Below, piece by piece: positions 1 through 9,589 of a stretch of 64,000 nt of DNA (positions within the stretch are counted from its first letter, which is position 1; every line of letters starts with the position of its first letter). The notes under the pieces are model-generated. The model saw only the letters and a list, made by a program, of their open reading frames with translations. It was not told where the DNA came from and made no database searches. The translations under genes were made by a program, and so were the position numbers. Source of the DNA: an uncultured Gammaproteobacteria bacterium (GTDB lineage Bacteria; Pseudomonadota; Gammaproteobacteria; SZUA-229); NCBI GenBank assembly GCA_963711255.1, contig CAVQDO010000034.1, positions 10,553-74,552 of the forward strand. The letters are read 5' to 3'.

Positions 1-167
1 TAATACCGGCAGCTATTAGTGAAAAAGCTGAAACGAGGCAAGATATCTCGCATTCGTTGAATTATGATTAGAGGCTCAGGCGCAATCGATACGGCTTAAA
101 AAATGGCTGTGACAACACAGAGCGATTTGATTAGTGTTAAAACCGGCTTCATGAATAAGGAAAAAGA

Positions 168-1112
168 ATGACTAAACGACCACTACAAATAGGGCTGGCA
201 TTACTATTGACGCTGGCAATAGCCGTGGCGGTTTATTATCGCGAAAGTTTTGATATTGAGCGGATAGAGCAGTGGTTAATGCAGGCAGAAGGGTGGGCAC
301 CACTGGTTTTTATATTGATATACAGTGTCGCGGCAGTACTGTTTTTACCGGGTTCTGTTTTTACCCTGGCAGGCGGTGTGATATTCGGGCCGTTTTACGG
401 TGTTATCTACAATCTTATTGGTGCCACGACAGGAGCGGCACTATCATTTCTGGTGGCTCGTTACCTGGCGTCTGATTTCGTTATGGCGAAAGCGGGCGGT
501 AAATTAAAGCAGCTGATTAATGGTGTTGAGGCGGAAGGCTGGCGTTTTGTTGCTTTTACGCGGCTGGTGCCGTTATTCCCGTTCAATTTACTGAATTACG
601 CATTTGGCCTGACGCGGATACGATTTACTGAATATGTGATCGCAACCTTCATCTTTATCATTCCTGGCGCTATTGCTTATACCTACCTGGGTCACGCGGG
701 CCGTGAAGCGCTCAGTGGTGGCGATGACCTGATTAAAACGATTTTAATCGCGCTGGCATTACTGGCGGCAGCAATGTTTTTACCGCGTTTTGTGAAAACA
801 CTGAGACGAGGGCCGGGTATCGATATCGCCGAGCTAAAACGAAGAATCGAGCAGCAGCAGACAATGCTGCTGGATGTTCGCTCGAAAAAAGAGTTTGCTG
901 CGGATGGTCATATTGAAACCGCATTAAATATTCCCGTTGGACAGCTGGAGGCAGAGTTAATAAAACTGGAGGATTATATCGAGCAGCCAATTTCGATTGT
1001 GTGCCGAACCGATAAACGATCGGCAGCAGCAGCGGACATATTATTGAAACACGGTTTTAAGGATGTGCAGGTGGTTCGGGGCGGGATGATGGCGTGGCTT
1101 AAACAGGGCTAA
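168..1112 (+). CDS. DedA/TVP38 (SNARE-associated Golgi protein) family membrane protein with a fused C-terminal rhodanese domain
   Basis: ATG at 168 preceded by AGGAAAAAG. Translation has the TVP38/DedA signature (LFLPGSVFTLAGGVIFGP...) and a multi-TM core. The last ~100 aa form a rhodanese fold with an active-site Cys (IVCRTDKRSAAAADIL...RGGMMAW). Confidence 0.75.
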   Translation: MTKRPLQIGLALLLTLAIAVAVYYRESFDIERIEQWLMQAEGWAPLVFILIYSVAAVLFLPGSVFTLAGGVIFGPFYGVIYNLIGATTGAALSFLVARYLASDFVMAKAGGKLKQLINGVEAEGWRFVAFTRLVPLFPFNLLNYAFGLTRIRFTEYVIATFIFIIPGAIAYTYLGHAGREALSGGDDLIKTILIALALLAAAMFLPRFVKTLRRGPGIDIAELKRRIEQQQTMLLDVRSKKEFAADGHIETALNIPVGQLEAELIKLEDYIEQPISIVCRTDKRSAAAADILLKHGFKDVQVVRGGMMAWLKQG

Positions 1113-1312
1113 ATTAGGATGCTTTAATGTACTTAAGAGCATTATATTATTCCGCATAATGTATATTATGTTAAATAGCATGTATGGCCAGGTATGAATT
1201 TATCCAATATCTTCATTGGTGGCACCGCATTACCTATATTAGATATAACATAAGGTTTGCTATATAACCTACTGTTTTAAATATCTATATTGCGCGATAA
1301 GTAGATCGCTGG

Positions 1313-1666
1313 CTAGCTATCCTCGTACTGATCATGTCGATGTAGCCAGTGCATGATGCCATCACCCTCATCGCGTCCTTTTGGCGTTAAGTCAATATAA
1401 TTATAGGCACCATTCAAAATATCCAGCCCGCGTGAATAGCTTGAGTAAGTATGAAATATGTCACCTTTATCACCAAATAGATCATTTAGATTCTGTTTGC
1501 CCTGAGTGCTATCAAAGATGTAATCCTTTTCAATTTTTACCCATGGTAACGCGCGACGCTGTTCACTTAATAAATCTCGTGCGCGAGTAAATTCTTTTTC
1601 TTTAATAAGTAGTTCCTTGCGTGCCTGCAGCCATTCTTTCTGTGATACAACTTTATGTGTTGTCAT
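1313..1666 (-). CDS. DUF899 (thioredoxin-like) family homologue, abnormally short (117 aa), central CxxC core absent
   Basis: N-terminus MTTHKVVSQKEWLQARKELLIKEKEFTRARDLLSEQRRALPWVKIEKDY and C-terminus FHTYSSYSRGLDILNGAYNYIDLTPKGRDE...HRHDQY match the two ends of DUF899 proteins (normally ~230 aa). The ~110 aa between them that carry the redox Cys pair are missing in frame. Confidence 0.5.
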   Translation of the reverse strand: MTTHKVVSQKEWLQARKELLIKEKEFTRARDLLSEQRRALPWVKIEKDYIFDSTQGKQNLNDLFGDKGDIFHTYSSYSRGLDILNGAYNYIDLTPKGRDEGDGIMHWLHRHDQYEDS

Positions 1667-2203
1667 GATTACTCCATAAATGGTCAGTCTATGCTGCAGT
1701 TAAAAGTAAACCCACCGAGAATAAATGACTGTTATATGGCATTCCGGCTGCTATTCGTCGTTATGTTCCGGCTCGTCAATTAGTTGCCAAACGTTACTAT
1801 AACAGTCTCTTAACCAGTAACTATATAGCGGTCTTCTTTATAACCTGTTTTTACCGGTTATATTTATAATATTTAACTGAAATAGTAGTATTTTTATAAT
1901 ATATAAGTAAATAACTGTTTAGTTATATACGAATAAAGCATGACAGTATTGTCAGCCTGGAAACCCTTCTTATATAAGCGTCTGATTATATTTAAAAAAT
2001 TTATACTGGTGTAAATTAATTTACTGTGTGAAATCACACAATAAATGACAGACTGCTCTTGTGTAAACTCCTTATAAAAAGTAGGATACGCGCCGACTCT
2101 ATAACTAAAACCGTTTCGAAACCGTGAAATTTTGGTGACAAAAACAGGCTGAAGAGTTGCAAAAAGATTTTAAAAACTACAATAAAAATTGTCAGGAGAA
2201 AAC

Positions 2204-3328
2204 ATGAGTGCAGCAATCCGAGTTGCCAGTTTTATAGGACTGATGCTAGTCAGCATGCAGACCTGGGCTGAGTATCAATTGGATCTTCGTCCAGGTGTCA
2301 CTTCATTTAGTCAAGGTGCCTATGGCATACATACTTTGGTTATGTGGATATGTGTTGTTATCGGTATTATCGTATTTGGTGCGATGCTATATTCAATCAT
2401 CATGCATCGTAAATCACGCGGTGCTGAAGCCGCCAAGTTCGACGATAATCTAACCGTAGAAATTATATGGACGGTTGTTCCATTCATTATTCTGGGCTTT
2501 ATGGCCGTACCGGCAACCAAGGTACTGCTGGCGATGGAAGATGTATCTAACTCGGATATGTCGATCAAAATCACCGGTTACCAGTGGAAATGGCATTACG
2601 ATTATAACGTCGGTGAAAATGCACAGGACATAAGCTTTTTCAGCAACCTGTCAACGCCTATTGAAGAAATTCAGAACAAGGCAACAAAAAATGAAAACTA
2701 TCTTTTAGAAGTTGATAACCATGTTGTCATTCCTGTCGATAAGAAAGTACGTTTACTATTCACTTCTAGCGATGTAATCCACGCCTGGTGGATTCCTGCG
2801 TTTGGCGTGAAGAAAGATGCGATTCCCGGTTACATTAATGAAAGCTGGGTTAAAACTGATAAGATCGGTACCTATCGCGGCCAATGTGCCGAGTTATGTG
2901 GAACCAACCATGGCTTTATGCCTATCGTAGTTGATGTTGTTTCACAGGCTGATTACGACAAGTGGGTTGGTGGTCAGCAGGAACAGGCTGCAGCAGCAGA
3001 AGCAAGCTCAAATAAAGTATGGACAATGGAAGAGTCTATGGAGCATGGTAAAAAGGTTTATGCAACAAGTTGTGGAGCCTGTCATCAGGCTGGCGGTGAA
3101 GGTATTCCTAATGTGTTCCCGGGTCTGAAAGGCAGTGCGATTGCAGTCGGTGATGTCGCTAAACACATTGATGTTATTGTAAATGGTGTTTCGGGTACTG
3201 CTATGCAGGCATTCGGCCCACAGTTAAATGATGCAGATATTGCAGCGGTAGTTACCTATGAGCGTAACGCCTGGGGTAACAGCACTGGTGATCTGGTGCA
3301 GCCAACTGATATTAAGGCTGCCCGATAA
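2204..3328 (+). CDS. coxB: cytochrome c oxidase subunit II with fused C-terminal cytochrome c domain
   Basis: ATG at 2204 with AGGAG 6 nt upstream; the ORF track starts at an upstream TTG at 2189. Signal/TM helices are followed by a CuA domain (ITGYQWKWHYDY...CAELCGTNHGFM) and a C-terminal CGACHQ heme-binding motif. Confidence 0.93.
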   Translation: MSAAIRVASFIGLMLVSMQTWAEYQLDLRPGVTSFSQGAYGIHTLVMWICVVIGIIVFGAMLYSIIMHRKSRGAEAAKFDDNLTVEIIWTVVPFIILGFMAVPATKVLLAMEDVSNSDMSIKITGYQWKWHYDYNVGENAQDISFFSNLSTPIEEIQNKATKNENYLLEVDNHVVIPVDKKVRLLFTSSDVIHAWWIPAFGVKKDAIPGYINESWVKTDKIGTYRGQCAELCGTNHGFMPIVVDVVSQADYDKWVGGQQEQAAAAEASSNKVWTMEESMEHGKKVYATSCGACHQAGGEGIPNVFPGLKGSAIAVGDVAKHIDVIVNGVSGTAMQAFGPQLNDADIAAVVTYERNAWGNSTGDLVQPTDIKAAR

Positions 3329-3409
3329 GCAGCTCGTCATTGACTACAGAACATAACATTAATAACTAAATTCAACGTATTTGAATAATAAAAGATAAAC
3401 GAGGCAACT

Positions 3410-5011
3410 ATGAGCGCTGTTATCGAAGAACATCATGATGATCATCATGACCACAAACCAACCGGTATAGGCCGCTGGTTATTTAGTACCAATCATAAAG
3501 ACATCGGAACCATGTATCTCTGGTTCAGTTTCATCATGTTATTTATTGGTGGAACGCTGGCACTGGTTATCCGTGCTGAATTATTTGAACCGGGTCTGCA
3601 ATTTATAGAGCCTGAACTTTTCAACCAGATGACTACCCTGCACGGCCTTATTATGGTGTTCGGGGTAATTATGCCGGCCTTCGTTGGCCTGGCTAACTGG
3701 ATGGTGCCGTTAATGATCGGTGCGCCGGATATGGCGCTGCCACGCATGAACAACTGGAGTTTCTGGTTGCTGCCGGGTGCTTTTGGTCTGCTGATAGCAA
3801 GCCTGATTATGAGCCTGATGGGTATGGGTTCTGCTCCTAACTTCGGCTGGACATTCTACGCACCGCTGTCTACCACTTACGGTCCAGCGAGTACTGACTT
3901 CTTCATCTTCTCAGTACACATGATGGGTATCTCATCAATTATGGGTGCGATTAACATTATCGCAACTATCATCAACATGCGTGCACCTGGCATGACTTAT
4001 ATGAAGATGCCTATCTTCGTATGGACATGGTTCATTACTGCATACCTGCTGATTGCGGTAATGCCTGTACTGGCTGGCGCTGTAACAATGATGCTGACTG
4101 ACCGTAACTTCGGTACCAGTTTCTTTGATGCTGCCGGTGGCGGTGACCCTGTACTGTTCCAGCACGTATTCTGGTTCTTTGGTCATCCTGAAGTATATAT
4201 TATGATTCTGCCCTCTTTCGGTATTGTCTCTCAGATCGTTCCTACATTCTCTCGTAAGAAAATCTTTGGTTACTCTTCAATGGTATATGCAACCTCTTCA
4301 ATTGCGTTCCTGTCATTCATCGTATGGGCGCATCACATGTTCACAACAGGTATGCCAGTAGCAACTGAACTGTTCTTCATGTATGCAACTATGTTGATTG
4401 CGGTACCAACCGGTGTGAAAGTATTTAACTGGGTCAGCACCATGTGGAGAGGTTCGTTGAGCTTTGAGACACCGATGCTGTTTGCGATTGCATTTATCTT
4501 CCTGTTCACCATTGGTGGTTTCTCAGGTCTGATGCTTTCTATTACGCCAGCTGACTTCCAGTACCACGATACTTACTTTGTGGTTGCTCACTTCCACTAT
4601 GTACTGGTAACAGGCGCTTTATACGGTATCTTTGCTGCGGTTTATTTCTGGCTGCCAAAATGGACCGGCAACATGTATGACGAAGGTCTGGGTAAACTGC
4701 ATTTCTGGGTTTCAACCATCTCGGTAAATGTTCTGTTCTTCCCGATGCACTTTGTAGGACTTGCAGGTATGCCACGCCGTATTCCTGACTACCACATGCA
4801 GTTTGCCGAGTTTAACCAGATCGCCTCTATCGGTGCGTTCATCTTTGGTTTCTCACAGCTTATCCTGCTGTACAACGTGATTAAAACCATTCGTGGTAAG
4901 AACACAGCAAAAGCAACTGACCAGGTATGGGAAGGCGCTGAAGGTCTTGAGTGGACATTACCATCACCTGCTCCATTCCATAGCTTTACAACACCACCGA
5001 CTGTTAAGTAA
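3410..5011 (+). CDS. coxA: cytochrome c oxidase subunit I (aa3-type)
   Basis: 533 aa with 12 TM helices and the canonical heme-copper oxidase motifs (GGGDPVLFQHVFWFFGHPEVYI, HHMFTTGM, VVAHFHYV). Confidence 0.97.
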   Translation: MSAVIEEHHDDHHDHKPTGIGRWLFSTNHKDIGTMYLWFSFIMLFIGGTLALVIRAELFEPGLQFIEPELFNQMTTLHGLIMVFGVIMPAFVGLANWMVPLMIGAPDMALPRMNNWSFWLLPGAFGLLIASLIMSLMGMGSAPNFGWTFYAPLSTTYGPASTDFFIFSVHMMGISSIMGAINIIATIINMRAPGMTYMKMPIFVWTWFITAYLLIAVMPVLAGAVTMMLTDRNFGTSFFDAAGGGDPVLFQHVFWFFGHPEVYIMILPSFGIVSQIVPTFSRKKIFGYSSMVYATSSIAFLSFIVWAHHMFTTGMPVATELFFMYATMLIAVPTGVKVFNWVSTMWRGSLSFETPMLFAIAFIFLFTIGGFSGLMLSITPADFQYHDTYFVVAHFHYVLVTGALYGIFAAVYFWLPKWTGNMYDEGLGKLHFWVSTISVNVLFFPMHFVGLAGMPRRIPDYHMQFAEFNQIASIGAFIFGFSQLILLYNVIKTIRGKNTAKATDQVWEGAEGLEWTLPSPAPFHSFTTPPTVK

Positions 5012-5031
5012 TTAGTGGCCGAGTAAAGACT

Positions 5032-5655
5032 ATGAGTGCAAAACCGAATTCGAAAGAGAACACGAGCCAGGGCGACAGCAATAAAAAAATAATACGTAAT
5101 TTATTGTTTGTCGTTGTTGGTATGTTCGGATTCGGTTTTGCGCTGGTTCCCCTGTATGACGTGTTTTGCGACATTACGGGACTAAATGGAAAAACGGATG
5201 GTCGCTATGTATCGCAGGAAGCAGTACAGGTCGATACCACTAGAACGATAAAAGTCGAGTTTCTGGCAAATTTAAACGAAGAGATGCCCTGGGAATTTAA
5301 GCCGCTAACAAGGACGGTTAAGGTGCACCCGGGTGAATCTGCACGCGTTGAGTACGTTGCCAGAAATAAAACAGATAGAGACATCGTCGGTCAGGCTATT
5401 CCCAGTGTAAGCCCGGGACAGGCTGCAGGCCATTTTCAGAAGACAGAATGTTTCTGTTTTACTGAACAGGTATTAAAAGCCGGCGAAGAAAAGATAATGC
5501 CAGTGATCTTTATGATTGATCCATCAATTGATGAAGATGTACATGAAGTTACACTGGCTTATACATTTTTTATAAAACCAGGATCAGAGGACGCGAATGC
5601 GGCGAATGATAAAAAACATTCAACTGCTCTAAGCACACCTTTGGCACAATACTAA
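5032..5655 (+). CDS. ctaG: cytochrome c oxidase assembly protein CtaG/Cox11 (CuB insertion)
   Basis: Single N-terminal TM helix followed by a Cox11 domain containing the conserved CFCF motif (KTECFCFTEQ). Sits between coxA and coxC as in other cox operons. Confidence 0.9.
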   Translation: MSAKPNSKENTSQGDSNKKIIRNLLFVVVGMFGFGFALVPLYDVFCDITGLNGKTDGRYVSQEAVQVDTTRTIKVEFLANLNEEMPWEFKPLTRTVKVHPGESARVEYVARNKTDRDIVGQAIPSVSPGQAAGHFQKTECFCFTEQVLKAGEEKIMPVIFMIDPSIDEDVHEVTLAYTFFIKPGSEDANAANDKKHSTALSTPLAQY

Positions 5656-5674
5656 AAAAAACAGGAAATAAACT

Positions 5675-6553
5675 ATGTCATCAAGTACAAACCATGATGT
5701 ATATTTCATACCAGAACCAAGTAAATGGCCTGTTGTAGGTACTATTGCCTTAACAACGTCTGTTATCGGTGCGGTTACATCTATACATGCAGGGTCAATT
5801 AATATGATTCTGCCCGTCGGCTTATTAATGATCGCTTATCTGTTCTTCGGATGGTTCGGCGCTGTTATTAAAGAGTCAATGGCCGATAGCTACAATCCTC
5901 AGGTGGATAAATCGTTCCGTATCGGTATGTTGTGGTTCATTTTCTCAGAAGTTATGTTCTTTGCTGCCTTCTTTGGTGCCCTGTTCTATGCCCGCGTTAT
6001 TGCGATGGAATGGCTGGGTGGTGCAAGTAATAATGCGATGACACATGAGCTGTTATGGCCAGCATTCGATGCTGTGTGGCCAATAATGACTAACCCGGAT
6101 AATGCGAAATTTGCCGGTCCTAGTGAAGTCATTCCAGCAAGCGGATTACCTGCCTGGAATACTGCCATCCTGTTAGCTTCTTCTGTAACCGTGACTATTG
6201 CTCATCACGCTTTGCGTGCAAACCACAGAAAACCGTTAATATTATGGCTGGCCGCTACGGTGTTACTGGGCTGTATCTTCCTTGTGCTGCAGGCTGAAGA
6301 GTATATTCATGCCTATACTGAACTTGGTCTGACCATGGAATCTGGTATTTACGGCAGCACTTTCTTTATGTTGACGGGCTTCCACGGCTTTCATGTAACC
6401 ATGGGTACAACCATGTTACTGATCATGCTGATACGTGCGATTAAGGGTCACTTTACACCTGAAAAACACTTTGCTTTTGAAGCGGTTGCCTGGTACTGGC
6501 ACTTTGTAGACGTTGTCTGGCTAGGATTGTTTATCTTCGTTTACTGGTTCTAG
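5675..6553 (+). CDS. coxC: cytochrome c oxidase subunit III
   Basis: 292 aa, 7 TM helices, with typical CoxC sequence (GFHGFHVTMGTTMLLI, WYWHFVDVVWLGLF). Confidence 0.95.
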   Translation: MSSSTNHDVYFIPEPSKWPVVGTIALTTSVIGAVTSIHAGSINMILPVGLLMIAYLFFGWFGAVIKESMADSYNPQVDKSFRIGMLWFIFSEVMFFAAFFGALFYARVIAMEWLGGASNNAMTHELLWPAFDAVWPIMTNPDNAKFAGPSEVIPASGLPAWNTAILLASSVTVTIAHHALRANHRKPLILWLAATVLLGCIFLVLQAEEYIHAYTELGLTMESGIYGSTFFMLTGFHGFHVTMGTTMLLIMLIRAIKGHFTPEKHFAFEAVAWYWHFVDVVWLGLFIFVYWF

Positions 6554-6606
6554 AAGAGCAGTGAAAATATAAAGCAGTTAATTACTAATAATTCACTGTT
6601 TTATTA

Positions 6607-6807
6607 TTACAGGCCATGTGGTGTAATAAACCCCATGGCCTGTCCTATTAAGAGCAGAATAAAAATAAGTACCGACAGGCCGATTCGCCAGCTTAGTGAC
6701 TTCACCATTTTGTCAGATTGATCTCCTTTGGACATAGCCACCAGTGCGGAGCCAAGGCTTATCAGAACTACCACTAATAAGCCCAGAATGACGATTTTAA
6801 ATACCAT
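6607..6807 (-). CDS. small twin-TM membrane protein (DUF2909-like), cox-cluster associated
   Basis: 66 aa with two hydrophobic helices separated by a short charged loop. A small DUF2909 gene occupies this position, convergent on coxC, in other gammaproteobacterial cox clusters. Confidence 0.5.
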   Translation of the reverse strand: MVFKIVILGLLVVVLISLGSALVAMSKGDQSDKMVKSLSWRIGLSVLIFILLLIGQAMGFITPHGL

Positions 6808-6841
6808 GTGTTTTCCTGATTACGATCTTTTTAATTTCTAG

Positions 6842-7600
6842 ATGAATTTAAATGCAATAAAAAATATTCGCTTAATGTCGATTACTGTTGCTTCTTTCCA
6901 TTTCAACCCGGGAATTATAAGTAGCCTGGTAACTGCTGTGCTGCTATACACAATGCTGTCACTGGGAAACTGGCAACTTGGACGTGCGGACTATAAGGAT
7001 ACTTTACAACAAAAGATTGCTGAACGAAAAAATTTAATGCCTTCAGGCATTAATGATTTGCCGGAAACACTCGACGATCGCCGCTATCTTCCGTTAAAAT
7101 TTATCGCAGAATATGACCTTGAGCACAGCTTTCTACTGGATAACATAACTTTTAACGGCAAGGTTGGTTATCACGTTTATACCGCGGTAAAATTAGCTGC
7201 CGGCAAGGCCATACTGGTGAACCGGGGTTTTATTGCACAGGGTGCTTCGCGCCAGCAATTACCCGAATTAATAACACCCGGTGGTAAAATTGAAATCAAT
7301 GGCTTGCTCGACCTGCCACCTTCACGGGCCCTGGTGCTGGCTGAAAATTTTCATGACAGCAGCCAGTGGCCTATGGTTTTACAGTATATAGACCTGAATG
7401 AACTGAATGAAATTACAGAATATGAACTGTATGATATGGTGCTCTGGCTTGATAAGGAAGAGCCCGGTATTTTTGATTATGATCTGCCGGTACTCAACTT
7501 AAATTCGGCAAAAAATAATGGTTATGCCTTTCAATGGTTCGCCATGTCGCTGGCTTTGGTTCTGATTTATATCTTTGTTAATACCCGGCGTAAACAATAA
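6842..7600 (+). CDS. surf1: SURF1 family cytochrome oxidase assembly protein
   Basis: N- and C-terminal TM helices flank a periplasmic domain (GNWQLGRADYK...NRGFIAQG), the topology of SURF1/Shy1. It lies in the cox cluster. An alternative start at ATG 6873 is possible. Confidence 0.8.
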   Translation: MNLNAIKNIRLMSITVASFHFNPGIISSLVTAVLLYTMLSLGNWQLGRADYKDTLQQKIAERKNLMPSGINDLPETLDDRRYLPLKFIAEYDLEHSFLLDNITFNGKVGYHVYTAVKLAAGKAILVNRGFIAQGASRQQLPELITPGGKIEINGLLDLPPSRALVLAENFHDSSQWPMVLQYIDLNELNEITEYELYDMVLWLDKEEPGIFDYDLPVLNLNSAKNNGYAFQWFAMSLALVLIYIFVNTRRKQ

Positions 7601-7637
7601 GTTAGAGCTAAATAGACAACTATTAAACGATGCAATT

Positions 7638-8291
7638 ATGAATGATACAAACAGTGATAATACAAGCAGTAACCCGGTTAACAGACCTGTTAACAATGCT
7701 ATGCAGGGTAAAAAAAATCCGTACACCGTATGGTTTGTTGTTATTGCCTTCATCGCACCGGTTGCGCTGGCGTACATCATGTTCTTCTTTGTTGATGTCT
7801 CTTCATTTACCAATCGCGGTGAAATTTTAAATCCGATTGTCCATATTGAAGATTTCGAGCTTAAAAATGAAAACGGAGAACTAATTGCAAAAGAAGAACT
7901 AACTTATAAGTGGCGCCTGGTTTCTTTTTTAAGCAGCGAATGCAATACCGAATGCCAGGCCCGTCTGTTTGATACGCGACAGATACATAAAGCATTAGGC
8001 AAGAACCAGCATCGTATCATGCGTATGTTTGTCCACCTTGAACCTGCCGGTGAGGCATTGAAAAAACTGATAGAAGAAACGCATCCAGGCGTTATTCATG
8101 TTTATGGCGACGCTGAAATGATCACTAAAGTGTTGGCTAAAAATATTCGCAGTGACGCAGCGATTAACAATAATGAAACCTATATTATGGATCCTATGGG
8201 TAACGTAATGATGCGTTTCACGCAGGACCAGCCTAATAAAGACTTTCTCTATGATTTACGTAAATTATTGAAGGCTTCACAAATTGGATAA
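7638..8291 (+). CDS. membrane-anchored thioredoxin-fold protein with CxxxC motif (SCO-like/cytochrome oxidase biogenesis-associated)
   Basis: ATG at 7638; the ORF track begins upstream at 7575, overlapping surf1. One TM helix (VWFVVIAFIAPVALAYIMFFF) is followed by a soluble domain with SSECNTECQ, resembling the SCO/SenC CxxxC copper-binding motif. Confidence 0.45.
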   Translation: MNDTNSDNTSSNPVNRPVNNAMQGKKNPYTVWFVVIAFIAPVALAYIMFFFVDVSSFTNRGEILNPIVHIEDFELKNENGELIAKEELTYKWRLVSFLSSECNTECQARLFDTRQIHKALGKNQHRIMRMFVHLEPAGEALKKLIEETHPGVIHVYGDAEMITKVLAKNIRSDAAINNNETYIMDPMGNVMMRFTQDQPNKDFLYDLRKLLKASQIG

Positions 8292-8506
8292 TACAAAAAC
8301 ACAAATGTACGGCATCAGCTATAAGCTTGCCTTGAATGTCGTTTTACCATTACCATTGGCCGTCGCAGTTGCCCATAACGGTGTTGCAGTCTTACTGTTT
8401 GTTAATGAGCCTGGCAACCCTGGTGCATTATTCGGGCCTGAAAACGAAACAGCGCAGTTAGCATTAAGTAATAACTGGCAATAATAAATAACTGGATAAT
8501 TTCGTA

Positions 8507-9463
8507 ATGAATAGCAAAACCGAAAGCATCGATAAGGTCAGGTCCGAGAAGGCTACCTGGCGTGATTACTATGATTTGTGCAAGCCAAAAGTGGTCATGC
8601 TATTACTGCTTACCTCGATAGTTGGTGTTGTTCTGGCTAGCCCACCGGGTGAGATTTCATTATTTATCCTGGTAATGTCTACCCTGGGTATTGGCCTGGG
8701 TTCGGCTGCTGGCGCCGCAATTAATCAGATCGTTGAGCGGGATAGCGATGCCAGGATGGCCCGCACTGAAAACCGCCCCCTTCCCCAGGGTCGCGTAAGC
8801 CAGCAAAACGCCTTTATTTTCGCCATCATGATGGCGGCAGCATCGGTATTCATTTTAACGGCCTGGATCAATGTGCTTACCGCGGTACTGACTTTTGCCA
8901 GTATGATCGGGTATGCTGTTGTTTATACCATGTATTTGAAGAAAGCCACGCCGCAAAATATTGTTATTGGCGGGCTTGCCGGCGCGACACCACCGTTACT
9001 CGGCTGGACCTCGGTTACCGGCGCGGTAGATGCACACGGTTTGCTGCTGGTACTGATTATTTATACCTGGACGCCGCCACATTTCTGGGCACTGGCGATA
9101 CACCGTCGTGATGATTACGCAAAAGTTAATCTGCCAATGCTGCCTGTGACGCACGGCATTCAATTTACCAAGTATTCAATACTGGGTTATACCATCCTGA
9201 TGTTCATGGTTACCCTGCTGCCCTATCTTGCTTTCATGCGAGGTGAGTTTTACCTGGTATCTGCTGTAATACTAGGTATCTACTTCTTTTATAAAGTCTT
9301 TATGCTGATGTTTAGCAGTCGTAAAAATGCAGCAATTTCCACTTTTGTCTATTCAATAAATTATTTGATGTTGCTGTTTATTGCCATGGTAATCGACCAT
9401 TATTTTGCCGGCACTGTTAGTCAGTTTTTGTGTGAAAACCTACAATATAAATGTTATCCATAA
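8507..9463 (+). CDS. cyoE: protoheme IX farnesyltransferase (heme O synthase)
   Basis: UbiA-family polytopic membrane protein of 318 aa, with the characteristic Asp-rich region and conserved CyoE/CtaB sequence (YWDLCKPKVVML...). In the cox cluster. Confidence 0.92.
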   Translation: MNSKTESIDKVRSEKATWRDYYDLCKPKVVMLLLLTSIVGVVLASPPGEISLFILVMSTLGIGLGSAAGAAINQIVERDSDARMARTENRPLPQGRVSQQNAFIFAIMMAAASVFILTAWINVLTAVLTFASMIGYAVVYTMYLKKATPQNIVIGGLAGATPPLLGWTSVTGAVDAHGLLLVLIIYTWTPPHFWALAIHRRDDYAKVNLPMLPVTHGIQFTKYSILGYTILMFMVTLLPYLAFMRGEFYLVSAVILGIYFFYKVFMLMFSSRKNAAISTFVYSINYLMLLFIAMVIDHYFAGTVSQFLCENLQYKCYP

Positions 9464-9589
9464 TAAGGATTTTCTATCACTTTTATTGCCGGTAACTTGA
9501 TCTAGCTCCATTTCTGCAACTGTGTAATATGTGTATACTGCTTGGATAATAACTATTTAATGAGCCTGCTTTGGCAGGTGTAATTTTCT

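Noticed and set aside
2034-2216. 60-aa minus-strand ORF upstream of coxB
   Set aside because: It lies in the AT-rich cox promoter/leader region and overlaps the coxB start. Hydrophobic composition bias from AT-rich DNA. No RBS.
3493-4775. Antisense ORFs within coxA (3493-3753 -, 3935-4186 -, 4542-4775 -), and similar ones inside secD, secF, tgt, rapA, selO and the adhesin gene
   Set aside because: They are fully embedded opposite strongly supported conserved genes and have no independent evidence.
8284-8484. 66-aa ORF between the SCO-like gene and cyoE
   Set aside because: TTG start, no RBS, no family resemblance. Possibly a degenerate remnant, which is noted because ctaA is expected here, but it is not supportable as a gene.
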